Assembly (NCBI GenBank): GCA_964437665.1
Contig: CAYTHS010000003.1
Location: forward strand, 205 to 64,204
Direction: 5' to 3'
DNA length: 64,000 nucleotides
Source of the DNA: an uncultured Oscillospiraceae bacterium
Lineage (GTDB): Bacteria; Bacillota; Clostridia; Christensenellales; CAG-138
In this document: positions 29,724 to 39,252 of the stretch, in pieces
Layout of the letters: each line of letters opens with the position of its first letter
Position numbering within the stretch: position 1 is the stretch's first letter
Notes under the pieces: model-generated
Seen by the model: the letters and a program-made list of their open reading frames with translations, nothing else
Told to the model about the DNA's origin: nothing
Database searches by the model: none
Made by a program: the position numbers and the translations under genes

Positions 29724-30305
29724 CTATTTGTCTGCGGGCAGTTCCCGGCTGCCGGGCTTTTTAAGTGCGATTTTCCCCGCGCGGCAGAGCGGGCAGTCGA
29801 CTGGGTCGTAGGAACTTATGTCCAGCTTCAGCGCCGCGTAAACCGGCAGCTGAAAATCGCAGTCCGGCGCGCGCCGGTCGGCGATGCACGCGACCCCAAT
29901 CACCTTTGCGCCGAACGCTTCGAGCGCGGCGACGGTTTCCAGCGTGGACTTGCCGGTCGTGACGACGTCCTCGGCAATCAGCACGACGTCCCCGGGGCCG
30001 ACGGAGAAGCCGCGCCGCAGTTGCATGCTGCCGTCCTTGCGTTCGGTGAAGATGCTTTCTTTTTTCAGCTGGCGCGCCAGCTCGTAGGAAACGATCACGC
30101 CGCCCATGGCCGGGCCGCAGACCTTCGTAACGGGAAGCGAGGCGACCTGATCGACGACGCTTTTGAGCACGGCTTCGGCCAGATCGGGGAAGCGCAGCAG
30201 CTTTGCGCACTGGCAGTATCCGCCGCTGTGCCGCCCGGAAGAGAGCAGAAAATGCCCCTCCAGAAAAGCACCGCAGTCTTTCATGATGGTGAGATTGTCT
30301 TTCAT
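29724..30305 (-). CDS. pyrE: orotate phosphoribosyltransferase
   Basis: PRPP-binding motif VVLIAEDVVTTGKS. Start at ATG 30305 (MKDNLTIMK). Confidence 0.9.
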   Translation of the reverse strand: MKDNLTIMKDCGAFLEGHFLLSSGRHSGGYCQCAKLLRFPDLAEAVLKSVVDQVASLPVTKVCGPAMGGVIVSYELARQLKKESIFTERKDGSMQLRRGFSVGPGDVVLIAEDVVTTGKSTLETVAALEAFGAKVIGVACIADRRAPDCDFQLPVYAALKLDISSYDPVDCPLCRAGKIALKKPGSRELPADK

Positions 30306-30366
30306 GCTTCTATCGTTCCTCCTGAAAAATATCGTTGCCGCATCCGTCAGAATCAACTGCCGAATG

Positions 30367-31275
30367 CTAAATAATTCCGCGCACGTCGTGGATGGAACCG
30401 AGATTCTGCGTTTCGCAGTAATCGGAGAGACCGTCGATGATATCGAGCATGACGGCGGGATGCGCAAACGTTGCGCAGCCGACCTGCACGGCGCTTGCGC
30501 CGACCATGATGAAACGCAGCGCGTCTTCGGCGCTGGAGACGCCGCCCATGCCGATTACGGGAATTTGCACCGCCTTGCACACCTGGTGTGTCATCCGAAG
30601 TGCGATGGGGAAAATCGCAGGGCCGGAGAGCCCGGCGTATACGTTGTCGAACACGGCGCGCTTTGCCCGAACGTCCACCGCCATGCCGAGGAATGTGTTG
30701 ACCAGGCTCAGCGCATCCGCGCCTGCGTTTTCGCACGCGCGCGCCACGGCGACGAGGTCCGGTGCGTTCGGCGAGAGCTTGACGATCAGCGGACGATCCG
30801 TAACATCTTTTACTTTCTTTGTGATGTCTGCGGCGGATTCCGGGGTCATGCCAAACGCCATGCCGCCGTTTTTCACGTTCGGGCAGGAGATATTCAGTTC
30901 CAGAAAGTCGAAGTCGGCGGCGTTGAGCAGGCGCGTGCCCTCGACATATTCCTCTTCGCTGTGTCCGCCGAGGTTGCAGAGCACCGCCGGGCCGAGTGAA
31001 CGCAGAAACGGCGCTTCCTCTTCGGCGAATGTCCGCACGCCGGGATTCTCCAGCCCGATGCTGTTGAGCATGCCGGCGGGCGTTTCCCAAATCCGGATTC
31101 CGTCGTTGCCCGGGCTTCCAAACAGCGTCAGCCCTTTGCCGGAAATGCCGCCGAGCCGGGACACGTCGAAAAGCGCCGCGTATTCGCGCCCGAATCCGAA
31201 CGTTCCGGAAGCGGCGATGACCGGGTTTTTCAGCGGTACGCCGAGAAGGTCGATCGTCAGCGGGTCAGATTGCAT
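30367..31275 (-). CDS. pyrD: dihydroorotate dehydrogenase 1B catalytic subunit
   Basis: NPVIAASGTFGFG, SCPN and GGV motifs. Start at ATG 31275, overlapping the pyrK stop. Confidence 0.9.
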   Translation of the reverse strand: MQSDPLTIDLLGVPLKNPVIAASGTFGFGREYAALFDVSRLGGISGKGLTLFGSPGNDGIRIWETPAGMLNSIGLENPGVRTFAEEEAPFLRSLGPAVLCNLGGHSEEEYVEGTRLLNAADFDFLELNISCPNVKNGGMAFGMTPESAADITKKVKDVTDRPLIVKLSPNAPDLVAVARACENAGADALSLVNTFLGMAVDVRAKRAVFDNVYAGLSGPAIFPIALRMTHQVCKAVQIPVIGMGGVSSAEDALRFIMVGASAVQVGCATFAHPAVMLDIIDGLSDYCETQNLGSIHDVRGII

Positions 31276-31981
31276 CGGCAACCTCCTGGTAGGCGAACAC
31301 CGGCCCGTCCTTGCAGATGCGCTTATTGCCGTGCGTGGTTTTGCAGGTGCAGCCGAGGCATGCGCCGACCCCGCAGGCCATGCGTTTTTCGAGCGAAACA
31401 TAGAGCTTTGCGTCCGCCGCTTTTGCGGCGGCGCACGCGGCGCGCAGCATGGGAAGCGGTCCGCAGGCATAGTAGGCCGTGTCCAGCGAAAAATCGACCG
31501 CTTCGGTCACGATCCCGCCGACGTTTACCTGCACGCGGTCGGCAACGCGCTCGAACGCGTCCGCCAGATAGGCCGTTTCGCGGAAGCCGAGGAACGCGTC
31601 GATCCGCCGGTTCGGGTTTGCCGCGCGCAGCTCCTTTGCAAGCTGGAACAGCGGCGCGGCGCCGACGCCGCCGCCGACAAGCACGGCGCGTCCGTTTTCG
31701 AGCGGGAATCCGTTGCCGTAAGGGCCCTGCACTTCGAGCGGCTGTCCGGGCAGAAGCGCGGTCAGCATCGCCGTGCCGCGTCCGGCGGCCTGCACGACGA
31801 ACGAGAGCGTCTCGCTGGCCGGATTGACCTCAAAGATGCTGATCGGGCGGCTCAAAAACGGGTCCTGCACGCCCGGCAGGCGCAGCATGTAAAACTGCCC
31901 CGCGCGGCCCGGCGGCGCACCCGTAACGTCCAGACGGAACACGCCCGGCGCAAGCGGCTCGTTGGCAAGGATCACAGCCAT
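31265..31981 (-). CDS. pyrK: dihydroorotate dehydrogenase electron-transfer subunit
   Basis: FAD/NAD-binding fold plus a C-terminal Fe-S cluster motif CGVGACLGCTC. Confidence 0.9.
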   Translation of the reverse strand: MAVILANEPLAPGVFRLDVTGAPPGRAGQFYMLRLPGVQDPFLSRPISIFEVNPASETLSFVVQAAGRGTAMLTALLPGQPLEVQGPYGNGFPLENGRAVLVGGGVGAAPLFQLAKELRAANPNRRIDAFLGFRETAYLADAFERVADRVQVNVGGIVTEAVDFSLDTAYYACGPLPMLRAACAAAKAADAKLYVSLEKRMACGVGACLGCTCKTTHGNKRICKDGPVFAYQEVADAI

Positions 31982-32823
31982 TTAAGAATGTCCTCCTTCA
32001 TGCCGAGCACGGCCTGATGCACATAATCGGTAAAATCTTCCCCCTCGGTCTTTCCCTTGTGCGCGGTAATCAGTCCACGGGACGAATTGACGACCCCGCG
32101 CACGCCGTCACTGAAAAAGCTTGCGATGTCTTTGCCCGTGCCGCCCTGCGCGCCATAGCCGGGGATGAGCAGAAACGTATGCGGCATCCGGTTGCGAATG
32201 CGGGCGAATTCCTCCGGATAGGTCAGTCCCGTGACCGCGCCGATTGCGGAAAATCCGCTTTTCCCGATGAACGCTTCCCCCCATTGGGAGACCTTTTCCG
32301 CCATGCGTTCATAGAGCGTTTCTTTTCCAACGGACAAATCCTGAAAATCCTTTCCGCTGGGATTGGAGGTTTTTACGAGTACGAACACGCCTTTGCCATG
32401 CTCAAAGTATGGGTAGTAAGGTGATACCGCGTCTTCGCCCATATAGGCGTTGACCGTGATCAGGTCCGTTTCAAAGTCGCCGGAAAAGTGCGCTTTTGCG
32501 TACAGGGAAGCGGTGGAGGAGATGTCCCCGCGCTTGACGTCCGAGATTACGACGCAGCCTGTTTCGTGAATATATTTCAGCGTTTTTGCGTAGGCGCGCA
32601 GGCCGTCGAGGCCGAGCGCCTCGTAGCAGGCGATCTGCAGCTTAAAGCAGCCCGCGTCGGGATGCACTGCATCGATGATGCGGCGGTTGAACTCAAAAAT
32701 CTTTTCCCCGTCGGTCGCGTTCGTTTTTTGAATGCATGCCGGCAGGAACGGAACCTGCGTGTCCAGCCCCACGCAGACGGGGCCTTTTTTTTGTACCGCC
32801 TCAAACAGCCGTTCCATACTCAT
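31972..32823 (-). CDS. pyrF: orotidine-5'-phosphate decarboxylase (type 2)
   Basis: VCVGLD...DVKRGDI motifs. An alternative start at 32844 is possible. Confidence 0.88.
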   Translation of the reverse strand: MSMERLFEAVQKKGPVCVGLDTQVPFLPACIQKTNATDGEKIFEFNRRIIDAVHPDAGCFKLQIACYEALGLDGLRAYAKTLKYIHETGCVVISDVKRGDISSTASLYAKAHFSGDFETDLITVNAYMGEDAVSPYYPYFEHGKGVFVLVKTSNPSGKDFQDLSVGKETLYERMAEKVSQWGEAFIGKSGFSAIGAVTGLTYPEEFARIRNRMPHTFLLIPGYGAQGGTGKDIASFFSDGVRGVVNSSRGLITAHKGKTEGEDFTDYVHQAVLGMKEDILKWL

Positions 32824-33961
32824 ATCGTGTTTCTCCTTCCACAATCGTCATTTTCACTCTGCCGCGCACCTGCCTGCCGTCGAACGGCGTGTTGTGCGAG
32901 CGCGAGCGCATGTTGTCTTTTTCAATTACCGCGTTTTCGTCTGTATCGATGACGACCAGGTCCGCGGGATAGCCCGGGCACAGCAGTCCGGCTTTGCGGC
33001 CGAGCAGGTTTGCGGGGGTACAGGAGGTCATCTCGGTCAGCCGCGTGAGCGGGATGCCGTTTTCGGCGAATACCCGCAGGTAGATCTGCGCGGCGTATTC
33101 GATGTTGGAGATGCCCGCCATACCGCCTAGCTTGTCGGCTTCGGTATGCGGCGCATGGTCGGTCGAAAGGCAGTCCACCGTGCCGTCCTTGATGCCCGCT
33201 ATCAGCGCGTCCACGTCCGCGCGTGAGCGCAGCGGCGGATTGACGGCGTACTTGTCGTCCCAGCCGAAGAGGTGATGCGGGGTAACTTCGCAGGTGATCT
33301 TTAGGCCTTCCGCTTTTGCGGCGCGGATCATTGTCACCGTCTCCGCGCGGCTGATATGGCCGACATGCAGATGGCCGCCGACTTCGCGCAGCAGCGCGAT
33401 GTCCCGGCGTACGATCTCGCGTTCCGGCTGGCAGTGCGTGCTGATCAGGAAACCATATTTTTGGGAGTCGATCAAAAGCTGGCGCATAAACGCGTCCGAA
33501 AAGATCGTCTTCCCGTCGTTGCTGAGCATGGGCGTAACCTTGCCGAGCGCCGCGTGGTCTGTCGGGAACTCGTCGCCGAGCGTTTTTCCGGCGGCGGCGG
33601 CCTGCGTCAGGCGGCAGAGCCGCAGGGATTCGGCCTTTTTGAGGTTGGCCTCCACGAGCGCAGGCGTTTCGATGACGGGATGCGTATTCGCCATCGCGCA
33701 GAGGTGTGCATACCCACCGGCCAGCGCCGCGCGCATGCCGGTCTCCATGGTTTCCTTTTCCGGGCAGCCAGGGTCGCGCAGGTGGCAGTGCAGATCGATA
33801 AACGCCGGCATAACGACCAGCCGTGCCGCGTCGATCATCTTGTCTGCACGCCGCCAGCAGAGCGGGCCGCAGCTGACAATCACGCCGTTTTCGATGCATA
33901 AGTCCCCATAGCGTTCGCCCGTCGCGTCGATCATGCGGGCGTTGCGGTAGAGCGTAATCAT
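32801..33961 (-). CDS. pyrC: dihydroorotase
   Basis: DLHCHLRDPG and STDHAPH metal-site motifs. Start at ATG 33961 (MITLYRNARMID). Confidence 0.9.
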   Translation of the reverse strand: MITLYRNARMIDATGERYGDLCIENGVIVSCGPLCWRRADKMIDAARLVVMPAFIDLHCHLRDPGCPEKETMETGMRAALAGGYAHLCAMANTHPVIETPALVEANLKKAESLRLCRLTQAAAAGKTLGDEFPTDHAALGKVTPMLSNDGKTIFSDAFMRQLLIDSQKYGFLISTHCQPEREIVRRDIALLREVGGHLHVGHISRAETVTMIRAAKAEGLKITCEVTPHHLFGWDDKYAVNPPLRSRADVDALIAGIKDGTVDCLSTDHAPHTEADKLGGMAGISNIEYAAQIYLRVFAENGIPLTRLTEMTSCTPANLLGRKAGLLCPGYPADLVVIDTDENAVIEKDNMRSRSHNTPFDGRQVRGRVKMTIVEGETRYEYGTAV

Positions 33962-33989
33962 GCGCGTTCCTCCTTTATTGCAGGTTCTT

Positions 33990-34412
33990 TTACAGGCTGG
34001 TGCGCGCGTCGCAGTATTCGCAGGCGTACTGGTTGGTTTCCGCGTCCACAAGGTAAAACATTACATCTTGTATATGCTCCTGGTTGGTAATGCAGCGCGG
34101 GTTTTTGCAGGTTAGAATGCCTGTAACGGTCTCTGGCGGCGAGAGTTTGATCTTATCGACGCGTACGCCCTCTTTCACGTAGGAGATGGTGACGCCCGGA
34201 TCGATCAGACCGAGTACGTCGAGGTTGAGGTCCAGGTGCGTTTCAATTTTGATGAGGTCTTTTTTGCCCATTTTGACACTGTCCACGTTGCGCATGAGCA
34301 CGACCACGTCGCTTAGCCTGTCCAGCCCGAGTTGCTGAAAGATTTTGTAACCGTGACCCGCGCATATATGGTCGATCACGATGCCTTCCTTAAGTTTGGA
34401 TACGTTAATCAT
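33990..34412 (-). CDS. pyrI: aspartate carbamoyltransferase regulatory subunit
   Basis: C-terminal zinc domain CKNPRCI...CEYC; 140 aa. Confidence 0.9.
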   Translation of the reverse strand: MINVSKLKEGIVIDHICAGHGYKIFQQLGLDRLSDVVVLMRNVDSVKMGKKDLIKIETHLDLNLDVLGLIDPGVTISYVKEGVRVDKIKLSPPETVTGILTCKNPRCITNQEHIQDVMFYLVDAETNQYACEYCDARTSL

Positions 34413-34416
34413 TGTG

Positions 34417-35376
34417 TTACGCCTCCTCTTTGGTTTCCGCGGCGCAGGCCGCGGGCGATTCCGCGCCGAGCAGCTTCATAATCAGTGCCATGCGCACGTA
34501 CATGCCGAATTTCACCTGGTCAAAGTAGACCGCGCGCGGGTCGTTATCGACTTCCGGCGCGATCTCGTTAACGCGCGGCAGCGGATGCATAACGATCAGG
34601 TTCGGCCCCGCCAGCGCCATTTTTTTTTCGGTGAGGATGAAGTAGTCTTTCAGCCGCAGGTATTCTTCCTCGCTGATGAAGCGTTCGCGCTGCACGCGGG
34701 ACATATAGAGCACGTCCAGCCGTGAGATGTTTCCAACGAGATCCGTCGTTTCGCGGTACCGGATTCCCTTTGCGTCGAGCGCTTCTTTGACGAACGCTGG
34801 CATACGCAGTTCTTCCGGGGAGATGAATAGGAACTTCATATCCCGATAGCGCGCAAGGCAGGTCACCAGAGAGTGAATGGTGCGCCCGAACATCAGGTCG
34901 CCGCATACCCCGACGGTCAGCCCGCCGAAGCCTCCCTTGCAGTGCCGGATGGTGAGCAGGTCGGTCAGCGTCTGGGTCGGGTGGTGATGCCCGCCGTCGC
35001 CTGCGTTGACCACCGGGCGGCCCGCGTACTTGCTCATGAGCCGTGCCGTACCCTCTTTAGGGTGCCGCACGACGATCATGTCCGCGTACGAGCCGACGGT
35101 GCGCGCGCTGTCGGCAACGCTTTCGCCCTTGGCGGTGCTGGAGGTGCTGGGGTCCGAAAAGCCGAGCGTGCTGCCGCCGAGACGCAGCATCGCCGCATCG
35201 AAGGAAAACTTGGTGCGCGTGGAGGGTTCGTAAAACAGGCTGGCAAGTATTTTTCCTTTGCAGACCTGCGTGTATGCGCCGGGATTTTGCACGATACGCT
35301 CGGCGAGCGCAAGCACTTCGTCGAGTTCCTCCGGCGAAAAGTCGGTCGGGGCGATCAGGTTCCTGTTTTTCAGCAT
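34417..35376 (-). CDS. pyrB: aspartate carbamoyltransferase catalytic subunit
   Basis: [12 protein letters not shown] and HPLPR motifs. Start at ATG 35376 with an AAGGAGAG RBS; the ORF-track 5' extension covers the leader. Confidence 0.92.
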   Translation of the reverse strand: MLKNRNLIAPTDFSPEELDEVLALAERIVQNPGAYTQVCKGKILASLFYEPSTRTKFSFDAAMLRLGGSTLGFSDPSTSSTAKGESVADSARTVGSYADMIVVRHPKEGTARLMSKYAGRPVVNAGDGGHHHPTQTLTDLLTIRHCKGGFGGLTVGVCGDLMFGRTIHSLVTCLARYRDMKFLFISPEELRMPAFVKEALDAKGIRYRETTDLVGNISRLDVLYMSRVQRERFISEEEYLRLKDYFILTEKKMALAGPNLIVMHPLPRVNEIAPEVDNDPRAVYFDQVKFGMYVRMALIMKLLGAESPAACAAETKEEA

Positions 35377-35423
35377 TCGATATCTCTCCTTCTTCATTGC
35401 GGCTTCACTGCCGGTATATTGGC

Positions 35424-35455
35424 AAAAAAAAACACCGGTTATTAAAAACCGGTGT
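35424..35455 (-). terminator. leader (attenuator) terminator upstream of pyrB
   Basis: Minus strand: ACACCGGTT-TTTAAT-AACCGGTGT followed by T9, about 45 nt before the pyrB ATG. Confidence 0.75.
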
Positions 35456-35571
35456 CGTTGAAAACGAAAACAGATGGAACACGGAACGTCTGGACGCAAG
35501 TTTTTTTTCGATCCAGTTTCCGTCGTGTGCGCATGGCGTGCTCTCTCCGTTCATTTTTACTTATTTTTGCT

Positions 35572-35600
35572 AGAATACTAAAAAACGGGGCGCTTGTCAA
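35572..35600 (-). promoter_or_regulatory. candidate pyr operon promoter (TTGACA-17-TATTCT)
   Basis: Plus-strand AGAATA at 35572-35577 and TGTCAA at 35595-35600. Confidence 0.5.
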
Positions 35601-35767
35601 TGAAAAATTTCGTACTTTTGGCAAAAAAGACCGATTGCGGCAGGCGGCACAGCCGTTGACTTTGGAATATGCATACGGCAAAATAGAAACAGAACAGATC
35701 AAAACAAATCGTTGCCCAAACATCCCGCTTCAGCGGGGATTTCCGGGAAGAAACAGGGGGGGGAAAA

Positions 35768-36640
35768 ATGAAAAAGATTATGTTGTTTTGCATGTGCTGT
35801 CTTTTTGCGCTGCCGCTATGCGGGTGTGCCAACCGGGAAGTGCTTGAACGTCTGGACACGCTGGAATGCCAGGTGGCGCAGCTCAGCGAAACCGTCGCAG
35901 AGCTGAACGCTACCCCGGAGGCTTCCGCACCGGCTGCGGCCGAAACGCCGGAGCCTGTACTTGCAACTACGCCGGAGCCGAAAAGCGAGCTTTCCTATGC
36001 GACCATAACCGACTTGCTGGGCAAAGCGAACGTGATGGACGGCATGGACGACCGGTTCATCGACGGCGGCATCAGCGTTTCTGAGGACGAGTATTTTATC
36101 TTTTTGCATTACGACGGCACGTTTACGAGCGACGTTATTGAAAACATGAACCGTGTACTTCGCCAGGGGTATCAGTCGGAGATTGAAGATATATCCGAAG
36201 GATTCAGCGGCGATGGCGATTACCTGAGTTTCGGCGAGGAAGAAAACGGAACGCTATATATCGGGTTTGAATTGGTCAGCATTGAAACCGCGTCGAAAAT
36301 ATACCAATTGGACAAGGAATATTTTTCTTCCTATGAGGAATTCGGTTTGACGCAGGACGTGCTGGACGAGTATGGCATTCCGGAGCCTTTGCACATGTTT
36401 AATTATATCGAGGATGGTTCAATCTATGTTTCGCTCGACAGGCAGATGGGGCAGACACAGACGGAACAGATTTCCGCATACTACGCAAAGAAACTCCTTG
36501 GGCAGGACGATTTCAGCATGGACGGAAACAATGTGCATATTGAAGGAACGGCCGCCGACGGAACGAAACTCGTATTTGTGGCAAACGATTATGGAAGCAA
36601 TTACGGCGTGTCGATCCGGCGCATATGCAAGGACGCATAG
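35768..36640 (+). CDS. hypothetical lipoprotein
   Basis: Signal peptide with lipobox LPLCGC; acidic 290-aa mature protein; no recognisable domain. Confidence 0.7.
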   Translation: MKKIMLFCMCCLFALPLCGCANREVLERLDTLECQVAQLSETVAELNATPEASAPAAAETPEPVLATTPEPKSELSYATITDLLGKANVMDGMDDRFIDGGISVSEDEYFIFLHYDGTFTSDVIENMNRVLRQGYQSEIEDISEGFSGDGDYLSFGEEENGTLYIGFELVSIETASKIYQLDKEYFSSYEEFGLTQDVLDEYGIPEPLHMFNYIEDGSIYVSLDRQMGQTQTEQISAYYAKKLLGQDDFSMDGNNVHIEGTAADGTKLVFVANDYGSNYGVSIRRICKDA

Positions 36641-36691
36641 CGGACGAGGACACGTCAGCCAGGCAGAGAAAAAGGATGGAGGGAAAGCGCA

Positions 36692-37240
36692 ATGGAAGGG
36701 AAATCGGTTCAGGAACTCATGCATATCGTTGACGGCGGTGTAAAGACGACTTATCCGACCGAAATTCGCTACAGGACCGTCAAACCGCATTGGTGGAGCA
36801 GGAAAACGATTCAGGAACCCTACGAGTTTACGCCGGAACCGGAATATTACAATGGTGAAGAAGCGCTGGAGGCGGTTCGTCTGCTCGGCGAATCGGGCAG
36901 CGCAGAGGCTCTTGCATTTCTGGAGAATATCTATCTGCACCCGATGATCGATTACACATGTGAGGAATACGAGGTTTCCGGCGGGAGCGAGCCGCGCGAC
37001 GACGACATGAAATACATCATCCGTTCTTACGTTGTTTACAGCCGCGCATACGGAGATTTCCGCGGATGGCTTACCTACTTTGTCGGCAGTGACGATGGCT
37101 ACTGCGACGATGCGGAATTCAACATGCCGGATTATGACGAGATGCTTCAAAACGGCGAACTTCCACCGCCGGAGGACCGCCGGGGACATGCGGTGATGCG
37201 CGCCGCGATCGCAAAGCTCAAAGAATCGCTCGGCAGTTAG
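36692..37240 (+). CDS. hypothetical acidic protein with one HEAT-like repeat
   Basis: EALEAVRLLGESGSAEALAFLENI resembles a PBS-lyase HEAT-like repeat; 182 aa. Confidence 0.55.
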   Translation: MEGKSVQELMHIVDGGVKTTYPTEIRYRTVKPHWWSRKTIQEPYEFTPEPEYYNGEEALEAVRLLGESGSAEALAFLENIYLHPMIDYTCEEYEVSGGSEPRDDDMKYIIRSYVVYSRAYGDFRGWLTYFVGSDDGYCDDAEFNMPDYDEMLQNGELPPPEDRRGHAVMRAAIAKLKESLGS

Positions 37241-37317
37241 CGTTTTAGAGCGGTACGTTCCATTTTGGCGGGGCTTGTGGTATATTGGGGTGAAAAAACG
37301 AAAGGAACAACGCCGCC

Positions 37318-38004
37318 ATGCCGTCGCCTGCGATCCAAAATAAACGCCAGCGCTCCGAATCGTTCCCGGTCGGGGCGATCCTTGCGCTTGTCGGCGGATT
37401 TCTGGACGCGTATACCTACGTGTCTCGCGGCGGGGTGTTTGCCAACGCGCAGACGGGGAACATGGTCCTGCTCGGCCTGCGGCTGGCGGATGGGCGCTGG
37501 AGTGAGGCGCTGTATTATCTCCTGCCGATTATTGCGTTTGCCGCGGGTGTGATACTTGCCGAGCGCGTACAGTCTGCGCTTAAATACGCGAGGGCGGTCC
37601 ACTGGCGGCAGATCGTTATCCTGCTTGAACTGGCGCTGCTCTCCGGCATCGGCTTCGTGCCGGTGGGCGCGTGTAATCCGTATGTGAACGTCGCCGTGTC
37701 GTTTGTGTGCGCGCTGCAGGTCGAGAGCTTCCGCACGCTGCACGGGCTGGCTTTTGCGACCACCATGTGCACCGGAAACCTCAGGAGCGGTACGGAACTG
37801 CTGTTCCGGTACTTAAGGGAGAGGAATAAATCGCTTCTCAAAAGCAGCCTGAAGTATTATGGTATTATCGCTGTGTTCATTCTGGGCGCGGTCACGGGGA
37901 TGTTTGCGACCAACGCGTTTGCAGAACGCGCGGTGTGGATCCCCGCATCGCTGCTGCTGCTCGTCCTGATACTGCTGCACAGGCGCGAGCCGGAAACGTT
38001 CTGA
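37318..38004 (+). CDS. YoaK/DUF1275 family membrane protein
   Basis: GGFLDAYTYVSRGGVFANAQTGNMVLLG signature; 6 TM. Confidence 0.8.
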   Translation: MPSPAIQNKRQRSESFPVGAILALVGGFLDAYTYVSRGGVFANAQTGNMVLLGLRLADGRWSEALYYLLPIIAFAAGVILAERVQSALKYARAVHWRQIVILLELALLSGIGFVPVGACNPYVNVAVSFVCALQVESFRTLHGLAFATTMCTGNLRSGTELLFRYLRERNKSLLKSSLKYYGIIAVFILGAVTGMFATNAFAERAVWIPASLLLLVLILLHRREPETF

Positions 38005-38177
38005 TCCGGCGGCTGCCCGAAAAAAGTGTGAACTTAAAGAAAGAATACGGCTCCTTTCGCGGTAAGATGGAAACCGGAGAGGGGGCGTTTTTCATATGTA
38101 TCGTGTGTATTTCACCGCATATCAAAGTTTTCTGGAAGCAAGCGGCCCGCTTAACGACGCGGAACGGGGGCTGTGGG

Positions 38178-38783
38178 TTACTTTTTGAGCGCAAATACGC
38201 CAAGGTTCCTGTCCGGAGCGGTGGAAGTGACCTTCAGGTGCGTCAGGTCCGCCTTAAAGGGCACGAAGCTTTCCCAAAGGATAGAGAGCAGCACGCCCGC
38301 CTGCGCCGGTGCGGCCGAGGCGAGCGTCATATGCGGCGTCCAGTTGTTCCGGCTAAGCGAATACAAACAATCCTTGTCCGTACAGCAGTGGTCGAAGCGC
38401 TCGTGTATTTTTGCGTGAAGGGCGATCAAGGCGCGGCTTGCCGACGGGGCGAGAAAACAGTACGGCGCACCCGGGAAGAACCCGATATGGTCGAAATTCA
38501 GCGTGAACGCATGCCGCCGCGCGGCGATGGGCTCGATCCAGCCGAGGAGGCTCGCGTCGTCCACGCCGGAATAAATACCGAAGGTGACGTGCGGCTCGTA
38601 AGCGTCCGGCTGGAAGCCGCCTGCAAGCAATTTCCGCTTGATTTTTTCGACCTCGCCTGCCGCGCGCGCGTCAAACGTGCCCATAACGCAAAGCGTCCGC
38701 GATGGATTCAAAATACGCCTCCCTGCCCGATTGAACGGGGGATTGTTTGTGTCCATGATACCATCTGTGTGGGAAGTTGTCAC
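38178..38783 (-). CDS. 2H phosphoesterase / 2'-5' RNA ligase (LigT-like) family protein
   Basis: Two HxT motifs (PHVTFG, PHMTLA). The start is uncertain; the internal Met at about 38684 is possible. Confidence 0.7.
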   Translation of the reverse strand: MTTSHTDGIMDTNNPPFNRAGRRILNPSRTLCVMGTFDARAAGEVEKIKRKLLAGGFQPDAYEPHVTFGIYSGVDDASLLGWIEPIAARRHAFTLNFDHIGFFPGAPYCFLAPSASRALIALHAKIHERFDHCCTDKDCLYSLSRNNWTPHMTLASAAPAQAGVLLSILWESFVPFKADLTHLKVTSTAPDRNLGVFALKK

Positions 38784-39001
38784 TCGAATGAGAAGGAAAA
38801 GGATTGTGTCGAATAAAATTCATCGCCATGTGGACAACGCCTTTATTGGGGAGACATGAATGTTATCCCGAAACATACGGATCGATCAGATATTACACAA
38901 CAGCGCTGTTTTCTATACCCGACGCCTGCTGCATTTGCCCTGAACCCATGCCTTGAGGCCGGCTGAACATCATTTTTCTGCATGCAGACTGTACTGCTAA
39001 T

Positions 39002-39014
39002 TAGGGTGCGTTTC
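39002..39014 (+). repeat. orphan 13-nt MITE terminus (TAGGGTGCGTTTC) abutting MITE copy 3
   Basis: Identical to the left terminus of copy 4 (56494-56506) and directly adjacent to the full copy. Confidence 0.55.
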
Positions 39015-39176
39015 TAGGGTGTGTTTCAAAAGTCTGAAAGATGCAGTTTTGCTGGATCGGCTTGCAGATTGAGACGAAAAACACAGGCGCAGTGGTACTG
39101 TGGCGAGGCTTTTCAACGAAAACATGCAATTCATGGCGGCGGAAATGCGCTTTTGTGATTTTTGAAACACACCCTA
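39015..39176 (-). mobile_element. MITE copy 3 (162 bp, inverted relative to the other copies)
   Basis: Reverse complement aligns over the full length to copies 1, 2 and 4. Confidence 0.85.
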
Positions 39177-39252
39177 GCGGAACTGGCGATTGAAATTATC
39201 GATTGCACATTTGGACGCACTCTCATTTTTTCATTCGGCCCGGACTTCGTCT

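Noticed and set aside
34417-35499. Long N-terminal extensions given by the ORF track for pyrB, pyrC, pyrD, pyrE, glgB, glgD, mraZ, rsmH, infC and the second ABC permease
   Set aside because: The extensions overlap upstream genes or leaders and lack homology. Internal starts with good RBS and spacing reproduce the canonical N-termini of each family.
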